64,000 nt of DNA from Synechococcus sp. UW140. GTDB taxonomy: Bacteria > Cyanobacteriota > Cyanobacteriia > PCC-6307 > Cyanobiaceae. The stretch covers positions 15,705-79,704 of the forward strand of contig CALSBG010000007.1 in the NCBI GenBank assembly GCA_943373125.1, in the 5' to 3' direction. Below, piece by piece: positions 50,143-59,899 of this stretch. Every line of letters starts with the position of its first letter. Positions within the stretch are counted from its first letter, which is position 1. The translations under genes were made by a program, and so were the position numbers. Below the pieces are notes generated by a model that was not told where the DNA came from, searched no databases, and was given only the letters and a program-made list of their open reading frames with translations.

Positions 50143-51322
50143 GCCGTTTCACCGCATGGAAGCCCGCCAGGCAGAGCAGGGTCATGGTGATCCAGAACCC
50201 GCCGCCATGGCGTTGCTGATCGAGGGATAGGCCAGCTAGGACAGGAGCAATCAGGGCGCTGATCGCAAAGCATTGGGAAAACAGCGCCATGGCGAGCCCC
50301 TGGTGCTCAGGGGGGGTCATTTCGAAGACTGCTTCTGTGGCAATTGGTAGGAAGGCGGCTTCTCCGAGGGCGATGGGGAGCTGGGCCGCAATCACCAACC
50401 AGATGCCCTGGCGGCTCATGGCTGAAAACGCCAACAGGGCCGTACCGAGGGCAAAGCTGACCAAACTCACTCCCAGTCCATAGGCCACCGGTCGTTTGGC
50501 GAGGGCTTGGCCAACGGGCCATTGGATTAAGACCAACAGACTCAGCTGCAGGCCGATTAACAGGGCTCCCATCCCCACATTGATGGCAGGCCTGTGCAGC
50601 CCGCCGCGCACCAAATCCAGGGGCAGGGCGCTCTGCATCAAGGCTGGTAGGGCTGTGGCCAGCAGGGTGATCGCCAGGAGCGGCAACAGGGGCGGTAGCC
50701 ATTGGCTGGTGGCGGTACTGCTGGCTCCTGGGGCCTTGGGGGGGGATTGGGGCAGGGGGCGCCTCACCAGCAACAGCGCAACGGCTGCCGCACAGGTGAT
50801 GTCCACGGCATAGATGCCCCGCAGTTGACCTTGACCTGCCATGACGGCTCCAATCAGGGTTCCCAGAGCCACCCCTGCGGCATCACCACTGCGTACCAGG
50901 GCGTAGCCCCGACTGGAGGGAATGGGATTGGGCCCGGTGTTGCAGCTCAGGGGAACAGCCAGCTCGATGGCCGGCCAATAGAGACCAGCGGCAATGCCCA
51001 GGAGCAATTGACCGATGACATAGCCATCAAAGGTTTGGGCGCCGATCAGGCGACCATCACCCAGCACGGCTGCCAAGACCGCAAGCAGCACGGGCATGGA
51101 GCAGTTCAGGCCCCGATCCAGCAACAGACCACTTGCCAAGCGGCCCACGGTGCCGGCGAGGGCGGCCAGGCCGATGCCTGCTGTGATGGCCTGGCCGCTG
51201 AAGGCGGCATGGTGGAAGACCAGGGGTGTGAGATAGATCACGCCCCCCGCTCCGACGGAGGCGATCAAGCGGATCAGGGCCAGTTCGCGCAGCGCCGCGG
51301 GAAACTGGAACCACCACACCAT
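50117..51322 (-). CDS. MFS transporter
   Basis: About 12 hydrophobic segments; GRLASGLLLDR and EMTPPEHQGLAMALFS. Confidence 0.85.
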   Translation of the reverse strand: MVWWFQFPAALRELALIRLIASVGAGGVIYLTPLVFHHAAFSGQAITAGIGLAALAGTVGRLASGLLLDRGLNCSMPVLLAVLAAVLGDGRLIGAQTFDGYVIGQLLLGIAAGLYWPAIELAVPLSCNTGPNPIPSSRGYALVRSGDAAGVALGTLIGAVMAGQGQLRGIYAVDITCAAAVALLLVRRPLPQSPPKAPGASSTATSQWLPPLLPLLAITLLATALPALMQSALPLDLVRGGLHRPAINVGMGALLIGLQLSLLVLIQWPVGQALAKRPVAYGLGVSLVSFALGTALLAFSAMSRQGIWLVIAAQLPIALGEAAFLPIATEAVFEMTPPEHQGLAMALFSQCFAISALIAPVLAGLSLDQQRHGGGFWITMTLLCLAGFHAVKRLRSRPEAD

Positions 51323-51345
51323 GGTTGGGGTCCCCGCCTTTGGAG

Positions 51346-52950
51346 ATGTCAAACCGCTTTCGCTGCATTGGAGCTCTGCTCGCCAGTTTGCTTTCTGGGG
51401 CTCCGGTGCGTGCTGCGGAGCAGATCCAATTTCAGATGGACGGACTCGCGGTGCCGGTGGATCTGCGGGAACTGGAGGCCTGGAGCCGCAATCCCGGCAG
51501 CACCAATGGGGACCTGGACGTGTGGCTCAGCCTGCTCGACCCGCTGGATCGCCGCGCCTTGGCGCGACTGCTGCGGGCCCCGCTGCTGAAGGAGCCAAGT
51601 TTTGGGGTTCAATTGCTGCGCAGTCGCACCGGTGAGCCCCTGATTGAGGCCCTCGGCAGTGTGCTCACCACGGCCCAGGGCAACAGCACAACTCCCCTGT
51701 TGCTCTCCACCCTGAGAACCCTTTTGCAACAGCAGAAGCAAGTCACCGCCTTTGAGTTGCTGCGTGCCCTGCCCTCGGACCAGCTGAGCCTCAACCTGGA
51801 CGAGGCGGTGGCCTTCGCTGACCGTTGGCGCCGCCAGGTTGATCAGCAGGCCGATGCGCTGCGGGCCCTACGGGCCCTGCCCTTGCCCGTACGCCAGGCG
51901 ATTCCCCTTGACCTCAAAGCTGGGGAGCGACTTAGTCCCCAGCGCCTGGATTTGGTTGTGGCGCACCGGGCGATGCCCCTGCCCCTCGAGATTTGGTCGT
52001 CGCGTCAATCGAAGCCAGGTCCTTGGATTCTGTTGATGCCTGGGCTGGGCGGGAACAGTGCCCAGCTCAGTTGGATGGCCGATGAGCTGGCTAGCCAGGG
52101 GTGGCCTGTGGTGCTCTTGGACCATCCCGGCAGTGACGACAAGGCTGTTCAAGACTCCTTGCTTGGCTACAGCCCACCGCCAGGGGCCGAAGCTGTGCCC
52201 CTCCGCCTGGCCGATGTGCAGGCCGTGCTTACCGCAGAAAAGGATGGGGCCCTGCCATCGCTTGGCCCCGAACCCACTGGGCGCCAAGGGGTTGTCTTGA
52301 TGGGCCATTCCCTCGGAGCCCTGACGGCCCTCATGGGCAGCGGCCTCCTGCCGGAGCAGGGGGTGGCCAAGCGCTGTAAGGCGCTGAAAGGAACCTTGCC
52401 CTTGGCGAATTTGTCCCAGCTGCTGCAATGCCAGATGCCAAGGGTGACCGGGGATGGCACGGCGCGGGGCTCGCGCCCTGCCACTGATCCGCTTTCGAAC
52501 CCCATCCTTGCGCCGCCCCCCCTCCTTGGGGTTGTGGCCTTCAACGGCTTTGGCAGTTTGCTTTGGCCCAAAGGTGGTTTGGGGGGCCTCGATGTGCCGG
52601 TGTTGCTAGTTGGCGGCAGCGTTGATTTGGTGACCCCACCGGTGCAGGAGCAGCTGAATCTGTTTGTGCATGTCAGCCATCCCCGCAGCCGCTTGGTTGT
52701 GGTCGATGGGGGCAGTCACTTTTCACTGGTGCGACTCGACAACCAAGGGCAGGCTTTGTTCCGCCTGGGTCAGGAGTTGGTGGGTCGCGATCCCCGCAAA
52801 GTGCAGTCCATCATGCTGAGCCTCACGACGGAGTTTTTACAGGGCTTTGACTACCCCTTTCTGCTCACCCCCCAGCGCCGTCTCCAGGAGGGTATTTCGG
52901 CCTTCGTACTGGACCGCACCATGGCCAGGCTTTGGAGAGCCAGTCTCTAG
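51346..52950 (+). CDS. Alpha/beta hydrolase with DUF1400-like N-terminus
   Basis: MPGLGG, LLDHPGSD, nucleophile elbow GHSLG, GGSVDLVTP, GGSHFS. Confidence 0.85.
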   Translation: MSNRFRCIGALLASLLSGAPVRAAEQIQFQMDGLAVPVDLRELEAWSRNPGSTNGDLDVWLSLLDPLDRRALARLLRAPLLKEPSFGVQLLRSRTGEPLIEALGSVLTTAQGNSTTPLLLSTLRTLLQQQKQVTAFELLRALPSDQLSLNLDEAVAFADRWRRQVDQQADALRALRALPLPVRQAIPLDLKAGERLSPQRLDLVVAHRAMPLPLEIWSSRQSKPGPWILLMPGLGGNSAQLSWMADELASQGWPVVLLDHPGSDDKAVQDSLLGYSPPPGAEAVPLRLADVQAVLTAEKDGALPSLGPEPTGRQGVVLMGHSLGALTALMGSGLLPEQGVAKRCKALKGTLPLANLSQLLQCQMPRVTGDGTARGSRPATDPLSNPILAPPPLLGVVAFNGFGSLLWPKGGLGGLDVPVLLVGGSVDLVTPPVQEQLNLFVHVSHPRSRLVVVDGGSHFSLVRLDNQGQALFRLGQELVGRDPRKVQSIMLSLTTEFLQGFDYPFLLTPQRRLQEGISAFVLDRTMARLWRASL

Positions 52951-52992
52951 GGCTGGCCTTTCTAGGCGCCGTGGGCGGCTCGCCAAGGCCCC

Positions 52993-54024
52993 CTAAAAGC
53001 GAATTCTGGGGTCGAGCATGGCCACGACCAGGTCGACGGCCACGGTGACCATCACCACGAGAGCGGCTACCACCACAACGATTCCTTGCACCAAGGGGTA
53101 GTCGCGCTGGCCAATGGCCTCCTGAAGCCGGAAGGCGATCCCCGGCCAGGAGTAGGTGACTTCGATCAACAGGGCACCGCCAATCAGGGAGGCCACGGTG
53201 ATCCCGGTGATTGTGAGCACAGGCAGAAGGGCATTGGGGAGGGCATGGCGCAGGATCACCCGCCCTTCCCCAAGGCCCCGGCTCCGGGCTGCCTCCACGT
53301 AGTCGGAGTCGAGGGAGCGGCGCAGGTTAAGGCGCAGGGCGTTGGCAAAGATCCCGCTCAGTAGCAACCCCAAGGTGCCGGCCGGCAAAACCAGGTGCCT
53401 TACCGTGCCAAGCAGCTGATGCCATTGGCCGGTTCCCAGGCCCGTCCGCAGGCTTTCCAGCAGGTAGAAGCCAGAGCCAGCCGGTGGAATCAGGGTGGGG
53501 GGGAAGCGGCCGCCCACCGGCAGCCAGCCCAGCCACACCGCAAACACCAGCTGAACCAGCATGGCGGCCCAAAACGGGGGGAGGGCATAGGTGCCAATGC
53601 CATAGAGCCGGCCGGCCAGGTCGAGGTTGCCTTCGGGTCTGGCTACCCCCGAAAAGCCCACCGCCAATCCCGCGACCGCTGCCAGCACCAAGGCGACGAC
53701 GCCCAGTTCCAGGCTAGCGGGCAGGCTTTGGCGGATCACAGTTGTCACCGATTCCTGGTTGGTGAGGGATTGGCCTAACTCGCCATGGAGCAGTTGGCTA
53801 AGGAAATGGACGTACTGGTGCCAAAGGGGTTGGTCCAAGCCCAGTTGGGCCCTGAGGGCTGCCCGGGCCGCGGCGGGCGCGCGGGTACCCAGCAGGGCGT
53901 CGATGGGATCACCAGGGGCCACCCGCAACAACAAAAACACCAGGCTGGCGATCAGCCACACCATCACCGGTGCCAGCGCTAACCGGGCGGCCAGGTAGCG
54001 AAGCAGGTCGGAGCGCCGGCTCAT
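52993..54024 (-). CDS. Peptide/nickel ABC transporter permease (DppB-like)
   Basis: LRVAPGDP, LPASLEL, DYVEAARSRGL, RHALPNALLPV, IEVTYSWPG. Confidence 0.92.
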   Translation of the reverse strand: MSRRSDLLRYLAARLALAPVMVWLIASLVFLLLRVAPGDPIDALLGTRAPAAARAALRAQLGLDQPLWHQYVHFLSQLLHGELGQSLTNQESVTTVIRQSLPASLELGVVALVLAAVAGLAVGFSGVARPEGNLDLAGRLYGIGTYALPPFWAAMLVQLVFAVWLGWLPVGGRFPPTLIPPAGSGFYLLESLRTGLGTGQWHQLLGTVRHLVLPAGTLGLLLSGIFANALRLNLRRSLDSDYVEAARSRGLGEGRVILRHALPNALLPVLTITGITVASLIGGALLIEVTYSWPGIAFRLQEAIGQRDYPLVQGIVVVVAALVVMVTVAVDLVVAMLDPRIRF

Positions 54025-55643
54025 CGGGGGGCTCCGCTGCTGCGGAGATCTTGCAGAAGCAGCCTGCCAGAACCATCGAAGCGGGGTTGACTCACCCGGC
54101 GTTGGGCCCAGGCCCTTGGCGCCACAAGCCACACCGGTAGGTAGGGGGTGGCCGCGGCAGTTTGGTGCTGGATGCGCCGCAGTAGGGCTGCGCGCCCAGG
54201 CCCGCTCAAGCTGGCGCTGCGCTGCAAGGCCTGCTCCAGGCCAGGCTGGCTCCAAAAGCTGCCGCTGGCTGCGCTGGCTCCCTTGAGGCAACGATTGCCC
54301 TCGGCCTGGTAGCAGCCCAGCAGTGGAAACAGGTAGTTGTCAGGATCGGGAAAGTCCCCCATCCAATCCAGCAGGATCATGGGGAAGGCGCCATCGCCCA
54401 GCTGGCGGTAGGCGGTGGTGGCCTCCATGCCGGTGACCTCAAGGGAGACGCAATCCCCCAGGTCTTGGCGGAGTTGGGCCTGCCAGGTGAGGGCAAACAG
54501 GCGGTCGCTTGGCACATTGGATCGGAAGGTGAGCGGCAGGCTCAGGCGTTTGCCCTGGCAGTAGCCCGCCTGGCGATACAGGGCCCGGGCTGCTTTCGGG
54601 TTGTAGGAGGGCCAGGCCTGGGGATCACTGCCCACCAGGCTGGGCGGCACCAGGTCGCGCAGGGGGGCGCGCAACCCCAGGGTGACGCGCTGGCTGATGG
54701 TGCGTCGATCGAGGCTGAGGGCGATAGCCCGCCGCAGGCCAGGGCTTTGCAGGGGGGGCTGGTCGGTGAGCAGGCTCAGATAGCCGATTTCGAGGGCAGG
54801 GCCCTGACCTTCCCTCAGCTTGTGCTGCACAGCTGCCCGGTGCAGGGCGGCCTGCTGGTCGATTTCGAGGCTGGTGGAGAGCAGCACATCCACTTCGCCG
54901 CTGGTGAGGGCTCCAAAGAGGGCCGTGGAGTTGCTGAGGGCCACGAGGTTGATGCCCCCATTGGCGGGACGCTTCCCCCAATACCCAATAAAGGGTTCAA
55001 GCCGTTGCTGTTGGTCGGAAAAGAACGTCAGCCTGTATGGGCCCGTGCCCACAAAGCGGTCGTTGAGGAAGCGGTTGGCGTGGTTTCGATAGGCGGTGGG
55101 GGAGAGCGGGGTGAGATTCACCGCGCTGAGTAAGGGGGCCATGGCGGCGAAGGGCCGCTTGAGCCGCAATTCCAGGGTGTAGGGCCCAACGGCGCCCACG
55201 CTTTGGACCCGGTCACCCAGCAGATAGCTGAGTTTGCCAATGGCCAAAAAGCGCTGCAGGGTGAACACCACGGCTGCCGCATTGAAGGGCGTTCCGTCGT
55301 GGAAGCGCACCCCCTGGCGCAGGGCAACCCGCACGGTGAGGCCATCGGCGCTGACCTGGGGGAGGGCAATGGCCAACTTGGGTTGGATCTGGCCACCGGG
55401 GTCGATGGCATACAGCGGATCGCCGATGGCACTCAGCAGCTGCATCGCCCCAAAGGTGTAGGCCCCCGCTGGATCGACGGTGTCGATGCGGTTCTTGCTG
55501 GCAACGACGAGCCGGTTGTTGCTGGCCGAAAGGCTTTGCTTGCCCGCTTGGCGTTGGCAGCCCGCAAGGCCGCAGGCGAAGGCCAGGGCCAGGGTTGAAG
55601 CTAAAAGAGATAGGGGCCGGTTGAGCCTCCGGGCCTGAACCAC
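54021..55643 (-). CDS. Peptide ABC transporter substrate-binding lipoprotein (family 5)
   Basis: Lipobox LAGC, LRQGVRFHDGTPFNA, VGTGPYRL, DWMGDFPDPDNYL. Start approximate. Confidence 0.9.
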   Translation of the reverse strand: MVQARRLNRPLSLLASTLALAFACGLAGCQRQAGKQSLSASNNRLVVASKNRIDTVDPAGAYTFGAMQLLSAIGDPLYAIDPGGQIQPKLAIALPQVSADGLTVRVALRQGVRFHDGTPFNAAAVVFTLQRFLAIGKLSYLLGDRVQSVGAVGPYTLELRLKRPFAAMAPLLSAVNLTPLSPTAYRNHANRFLNDRFVGTGPYRLTFFSDQQQRLEPFIGYWGKRPANGGINLVALSNSTALFGALTSGEVDVLLSTSLEIDQQAALHRAAVQHKLREGQGPALEIGYLSLLTDQPPLQSPGLRRAIALSLDRRTISQRVTLGLRAPLRDLVPPSLVGSDPQAWPSYNPKAARALYRQAGYCQGKRLSLPLTFRSNVPSDRLFALTWQAQLRQDLGDCVSLEVTGMEATTAYRQLGDGAFPMILLDWMGDFPDPDNYLFPLLGCYQAEGNRCLKGASAASGSFWSQPGLEQALQRSASLSGPGRAALLRRIQHQTAAATPYLPVWLVAPRAWAQRRVSQPRFDGSGRLLLQDLRSSGAPR

Positions 55644-55668
55644 AGCGAGAGCGTCAAGGCCCTCCCAT

Positions 55669-55881
55669 TCAAGGGCGATGGGTGGCGACGGGCTGAACCT
55701 GGTGCAGGGAAATTTCAAAGACCTCGGAGCCCTGGCGGCCCAAGGGCCAACGCCGCAGCCAGCAGCGGTTGTGGTGGTCGTCGATGCCAATCACTTGATA
55801 CATCCCATCTTCTGAAGCCAAGGTCACGCATGCCCCTTGGTGGAGTTCTGGGGTTGGAGTCAGACAGGAAAGAGAAGTCAT
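55669..55881 (-). CDS. Small hypothetical protein (70 aa)
   Basis: MTSLSCLTPTPELHQGACVTLASEDGMYQVIGIDDHHNRCWLRRWPLGRQGSEVFEISLHQV; beta-rich, SH3-like pattern. Confidence 0.65.
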   Translation of the reverse strand: MTSLSCLTPTPELHQGACVTLASEDGMYQVIGIDDHHNRCWLRRWPLGRQGSEVFEISLHQVQPVATHRP

Positions 55882-55985
55882 GCAGCAGTGTTGGTTAACG
55901 GTATGGCGGATGGGGATGGCGGATTGGGAGAGGGCGAGGATTGGCCTCGATCCATCAATCCTGGGCACAGGCGGAACGTGGAAGG

Positions 55986-55999
55986 GTTTGCTCTGATAC
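55986..55999 (-). promoter_or_regulatory. Possible NtcA-like box
   Basis: Minus strand GTA-TCAGAGCA-AAC (one mismatch to GTA-N8-TAC), followed 22 nt later by CAGGAT. Confidence 0.3.
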
Positions 56000-56180
56000 C
56001 AATGGACCCTGGGTCCGGGTATGCCCACAAGGCTTGCTATCGAGACGGTGGACGGACAAGGCCGACTTTAAGCCTTAAGAATCTCTTCCCAATTGATGGG
56101 TTTACTCTGGCTCGTGGAGGGCCTAATTGTCAGGGAGGTTGGGATTTGCAGACCTGATCGATCCCATGAGGGCGCTTGGC

Positions 56181-57485
56181 CTAGAGGGTGCGTAAGCAGG
56201 CCGCCACGGCATGGACGTCGCTGAGGGCCCCAATCGCAGCCAGGGCCGAGCGGAAGTTGGACTCGAGGACATCGTGGGTGATCACCACGATCTCGGCCTG
56301 GGCGCTTTGGGTTTCGAACTGCATGATCGATTGGATCGAGACCCCAGCCTGGCCAAAACAGGTGCCGATCTTGCCAATCACGCCGGCTTCATCGCTGGTG
56401 CTGAGCCGCACGTAGTTGCGGTGGGTGGTGCGGGCCGTGTCAATGAGCTGGCAAGGGCGCCAGCTGCTGGCCGCCAACAGCGGGTCAAGGCGGGCATGGG
56501 CACCCGCCGCCTGGCGAATACCGGCGATGTTGAGGATGTCTGCCACCACCGCCGAGGCCGTGGGGCCGGCCCCGGCTCCTGGGCCGTAAAACATCACCTG
56601 GCCCACGGGATCCCCTTCCACCAGGATCGCGTTGTTAACCCCATGCACCCCGGCCAGGGGATGGCCTTTTGGGAGCAGGGTGGGGTGAACACACACATCC
56701 AGCTGGGCAGCGCCGTCGGCGGCCGTGCCGAGGTATTGGGCCACGGCCAGCAGCTTCACCACATAGCCCAGTTGGGCGGCATAGGCCACATCGCGGGCGT
56801 CGAGGGTGTTGATGCCTTCGGTGGGTATGGCGGCCCTGGGCACGCTGCCCCCATAGGCCAGGTAGCTGAGGATGGCGATCTTGTCGGCCGCATCGCCCCC
56901 CTCCACGTCGGCGGCGGGATCGGCTTCGGCGTAGCCCAGGTGCTGGGCATCGGCGAGGACGGCCCCATAGGCGGCGCCCTCATCGGCCATGCGGCTGAGG
57001 ATGTAATTGGTGGTGCCGTTGATGATCCCGCTCACCTTCTGGATGCGGTTGCCGCCCAGGGATTGCTTGAGGGGCTCAATGATGGGGATGCCCCCGCCTA
57101 CGGCGGCCTCAATCAGCACATACACCCCCTTCTCGGCGGCGGCGGCGGCAATCTCTTCGCCGTAGCGGGCAATGACCGCCTTGTTGGCTGTCACCACGGG
57201 TTTGCCAGCGGCGATGGCCCGCAGGATCAGGCTGCGGGCCGGCTCCAGGCCGCCCATGACCTCAACCACGATGTCCACGTTGGGGTCATCCACCACGGCT
57301 TCAGGCTCCGTGGTGAGAAGTTCGCCCGAGAGTTCGATCGGCCTGGGCCGATTCAGATCCCTCACGGCCACCCGTTTCAGGGCAAGCTCACCCACCAGGG
57401 GATGGCGTCCAGTTGGACTGGCGAGGATGGCGGCGACGCCGGCTCCCACGGTGCCCAAGCCGAGCAAACCGATGCCGATGGTCAT
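56181..57485 (-). CDS. hom: Homoserine dehydrogenase with ACT domain
   Basis: GLLGLGTVG, VVTANKA, EAAVGGGIP, GIINGTTNYIL, YAEADP, GPGAGAGPTASAV; C-terminal ACT. Confidence 0.96.
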   Translation of the reverse strand: MTIGIGLLGLGTVGAGVAAILASPTGRHPLVGELALKRVAVRDLNRPRPIELSGELLTTEPEAVVDDPNVDIVVEVMGGLEPARSLILRAIAAGKPVVTANKAVIARYGEEIAAAAAEKGVYVLIEAAVGGGIPIIEPLKQSLGGNRIQKVSGIINGTTNYILSRMADEGAAYGAVLADAQHLGYAEADPAADVEGGDAADKIAILSYLAYGGSVPRAAIPTEGINTLDARDVAYAAQLGYVVKLLAVAQYLGTAADGAAQLDVCVHPTLLPKGHPLAGVHGVNNAILVEGDPVGQVMFYGPGAGAGPTASAVVADILNIAGIRQAAGAHARLDPLLAASSWRPCQLIDTARTTHRNYVRLSTSDEAGVIGKIGTCFGQAGVSIQSIMQFETQSAQAEIVVITHDVLESNFRSALAAIGALSDVHAVAACLRTL

Positions 57486-57519
57486 GGGCTGGTCCAACAG
57501 GTTGGGGTGATCCTAGAAA

Positions 57520-57942
57520 TCAGCCTGCAGCAAGGGCCCGGGCTTGGCTCTGCATCAGCTTGAGGATGTTGAGGAAGCCATTGGCCCGCGACGGGGTGAG
57601 GCTGGCCTGGAGGCCTGTCGCAGCGATGAATCCGGGGTCCAGGTTGGTGGCCTGGTCTGGGGTCATGCCTTCGAGGCCTTCGATCAGCAGGGCCAACAGC
57701 CCTTTGGTGATGGCGGCATCGGAGTCGCCCTGCCAATGGAGCTTGCCCTCCAGCAGTTGACCAACGACAAAAACCTGGGAGACACAGCCCTTCACCTTGA
57801 AGGCATCGTTGCGAAACTCTTCAGGCAGGGGCTCCAGTTTTTTGGCGAGCCAGAGCACATATTCGTACCGCCGCTTGGGATCCGTGGTGGTGGCCAAGCG
57901 GTTCACGATCCGATCCAAGGCTGGGCTGCCGGTGCTCACCAT
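57520..57942 (-). CDS. sufE: SufE family Fe-S assembly sulfur acceptor
   Basis: RYEYVLWLAKKL, KVKGCVSQV, GDSDAAITKGL, SLTPSRANG. Confidence 0.92.
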   Translation of the reverse strand: MVSTGSPALDRIVNRLATTTDPKRRYEYVLWLAKKLEPLPEEFRNDAFKVKGCVSQVFVVGQLLEGKLHWQGDSDAAITKGLLALLIEGLEGMTPDQATNLDPGFIAATGLQASLTPSRANGFLNILKLMQSQARALAAG

Positions 57943-58448
57943 CAAGGCAGACGGCGGCGATGGCGGCCGAACAGGATGGCGGTGCATCCGCCCATCAGGC
58001 CCCCGACAGCTCCAACCAGGATCCAGGGGGAGGTCAGGTTCGATCCCCTAAGCCATGCATGGAGCCATTTGGTGGGGCTTGGCCGATGCCCATCGCTGAT
58101 CCGGTTCAGATCGGCTTGCCCGTTGTTGATCGGCAGGCTGAGGTAGTCCCGGTGGCCAGGGCCACCATCGACTTGCACGTCCCACTCGCCATGGGCGTCG
58201 CTTGGCAAACCAAAGCTGAGTTGTCCTTTGTTGTTGGTGCGGCCCACGGGGATGGGTTCGCCCCCGGGGGGCACCAGGGTGACCAGAGCCGCCTGGGCGG
58301 GCTCGCCATTACCAAAACTGCTTTGCAGCAACACCAGGTGGTTGTTGCGGAAGGCTTCCAGGTTGGTCTGGATGGCATGGGCCTCGGCTGAGCCCGGAGC
58401 TGATAGGACCGCAGCTCCCAAACAACCCGTAATGAGACGCCTAAGCAT
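57942..58448 (-). CDS. Exported, C-terminally anchored hypothetical protein; CbiL/NikK-like metal-uptake accessory candidate
   Basis: Signal ending AEA followed by H (mature N-terminal His), FGNGEPA, GRTNNKGQLSF, DGGPGHRD, C-terminal TM. Confidence 0.6.
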   Translation of the reverse strand: MLRRLITGCLGAAVLSAPGSAEAHAIQTNLEAFRNNHLVLLQSSFGNGEPAQAALVTLVPPGGEPIPVGRTNNKGQLSFGLPSDAHGEWDVQVDGGPGHRDYLSLPINNGQADLNRISDGHRPSPTKWLHAWLRGSNLTSPWILVGAVGGLMGGCTAILFGRHRRRLP

Positions 58449-58484
58449 GGGGTCGGCCGCTGAGGGGTGGGAGGGACGCTGGCT

Positions 58485-58793
58485 TCAGGAGGATTCCCAG
58501 CGACTATCGCTGCTTTTCCCGGCCTGCACCATGCGCACCATGGAGCTCACCATCATCGACAGGGCATCGCTGGCGGCCGTGCGACCTTCCAGTTCCGAGG
58601 CCAGCACCCGTTCGGGCCCGGAGGAGTTTGGGGCAAACCTGTGCCCAACTGCAGCTGGAATGGCTCGGGCAGCCACTGCTGGGGCAGCTTGGTCCGGGAT
58701 GGCGCTGGGATAGGGGGAGAACAAATCCAACGCCAACAGAGTCAATTCGATGATCTTCGCAAATTCTGCGGGTTGGCGCGCCCTGGAAGCCAT
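58485..58793 (-). CDS. Hypothetical protein (102 aa)
   Basis: Same strand as its neighbours and fills the gap; ends ELEGRTAASDALSMMVSSMVRMVQAG. Confidence 0.6.
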   Translation of the reverse strand: MASRARQPAEFAKIIELTLLALDLFSPYPSAIPDQAAPAVAARAIPAAVGHRFAPNSSGPERVLASELEGRTAASDALSMMVSSMVRMVQAGKSSDSRWESS

Positions 58794-58799
58794 GTTTTG

Positions 58800-59396
58800 T
58801 CAAGGTTGGCAGTGATGCAGGCCGGTTTCATCGAGCCAGCCATCGAAAGGGCGATCCCAGGGATCCCTCGGCAGGTTGTCCACCAGGCATCCCTGGGGCA
58901 AAACAGCAAAGCTGGGCACGCGGGTCCAAGCGGCATCAGTGCGCAAGCGGTCGTACCAGCCACCGCCGTATCCCAAGCGCACGCCGGTGCCATCGAAGGC
59001 CAGGGCCGGCACCAGCAAACAGCTCAACGCTGAGGCGGCCAGGGCCGTCCCCATGGGGGCGGGGATGCCGCAGTCATCGGCTTCGAGCTGGTCCCCTTGG
59101 CACCAGGCGCGATAGACGAGATGGCCTTGGCTGATGGCGGGTAGGGCCAAGGGGCAGGGCCAAGGGGTGGGCCGTTCCGAAGTCGCGGTCCGTTGCAGCT
59201 GGAGGAGGTCGACTTCGCCTGCCAGAGGCCAATACAGGCCGAGATGCCTGTCAGCCCCACTGAGCAGGCCCAGGGCTGCTTGGAGCTGGTCTGCAATCGC
59301 AGGACCGGCTAGGGGCAGCAGGGTTTGGCGTAAAGCTCGGTAGTGGCGCCGTAGGGCTGCTTTCTGGGGGGCTTGCTCTGCTGCAGGGTTACTCAT
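58800..59396 (-). CDS. 5-formyltetrahydrofolate cyclo-ligase
   Basis: [59 protein letters not shown]. Confidence 0.93.
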   Translation of the reverse strand: MSNPAAEQAPQKAALRRHYRALRQTLLPLAGPAIADQLQAALGLLSGADRHLGLYWPLAGEVDLLQLQRTATSERPTPWPCPLALPAISQGHLVYRAWCQGDQLEADDCGIPAPMGTALAASALSCLLVPALAFDGTGVRLGYGGGWYDRLRTDAAWTRVPSFAVLPQGCLVDNLPRDPWDRPFDGWLDETGLHHCQP

Positions 59397-59869
59397 CGCT
59401 GGTACCAGCCGGTGAGAGCTGCCGCTAGGGCATCGGCGGCATCGTCGGGTCTGGGGGGATGGTCGAGGTTCAGTTCTCGCATCACCGCATCGAGAACCTC
59501 CTCTTTTTGGGCATGGCCTGATCCGGTGAGGGCCAGTTTGATTTGCATCGGCGGGAATTCCGCCACCGGCACCCGAAACCGCGCCAGCGTCATCATGACC
59601 ACGCCCCGGGCTTGCACCACCGAAATCGTAGTGCTGGAGCGGTAGAAGAAAAACTTTTCCACCACCGCCAAATCCGGCTGCCATTGGCGGATCAGCACCC
59701 TGAGATCGCGGGCAATTTCCACCATTCGCACCCCATCGCAGGTGCCGGGATCGGTGCGGATGATTCCGCAATCCAGCATCTGTTGCTTGCTGTTGACTCC
59801 CCTTCCCTCCACCTCGATGACGCCGTAGCCCACCCGGGCCAGGCCGGGATCAATGCCGAGGATGCGCAT
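59393..59869 (-). CDS. ruvC: Holliday junction resolvase
   Basis: [39 protein letters not shown]. Confidence 0.96.
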   Translation of the reverse strand: MRILGIDPGLARVGYGVIEVEGRGVNSKQQMLDCGIIRTDPGTCDGVRMVEIARDLRVLIRQWQPDLAVVEKFFFYRSSTTISVVQARGVVMMTLARFRVPVAEFPPMQIKLALTGSGHAQKEEVLDAVMRELNLDHPPRPDDAADALAAALTGWYQR

Positions 59870-59899
59870 GGGCGAGTCAGCCGCAGCAGGAGAGAGGGC

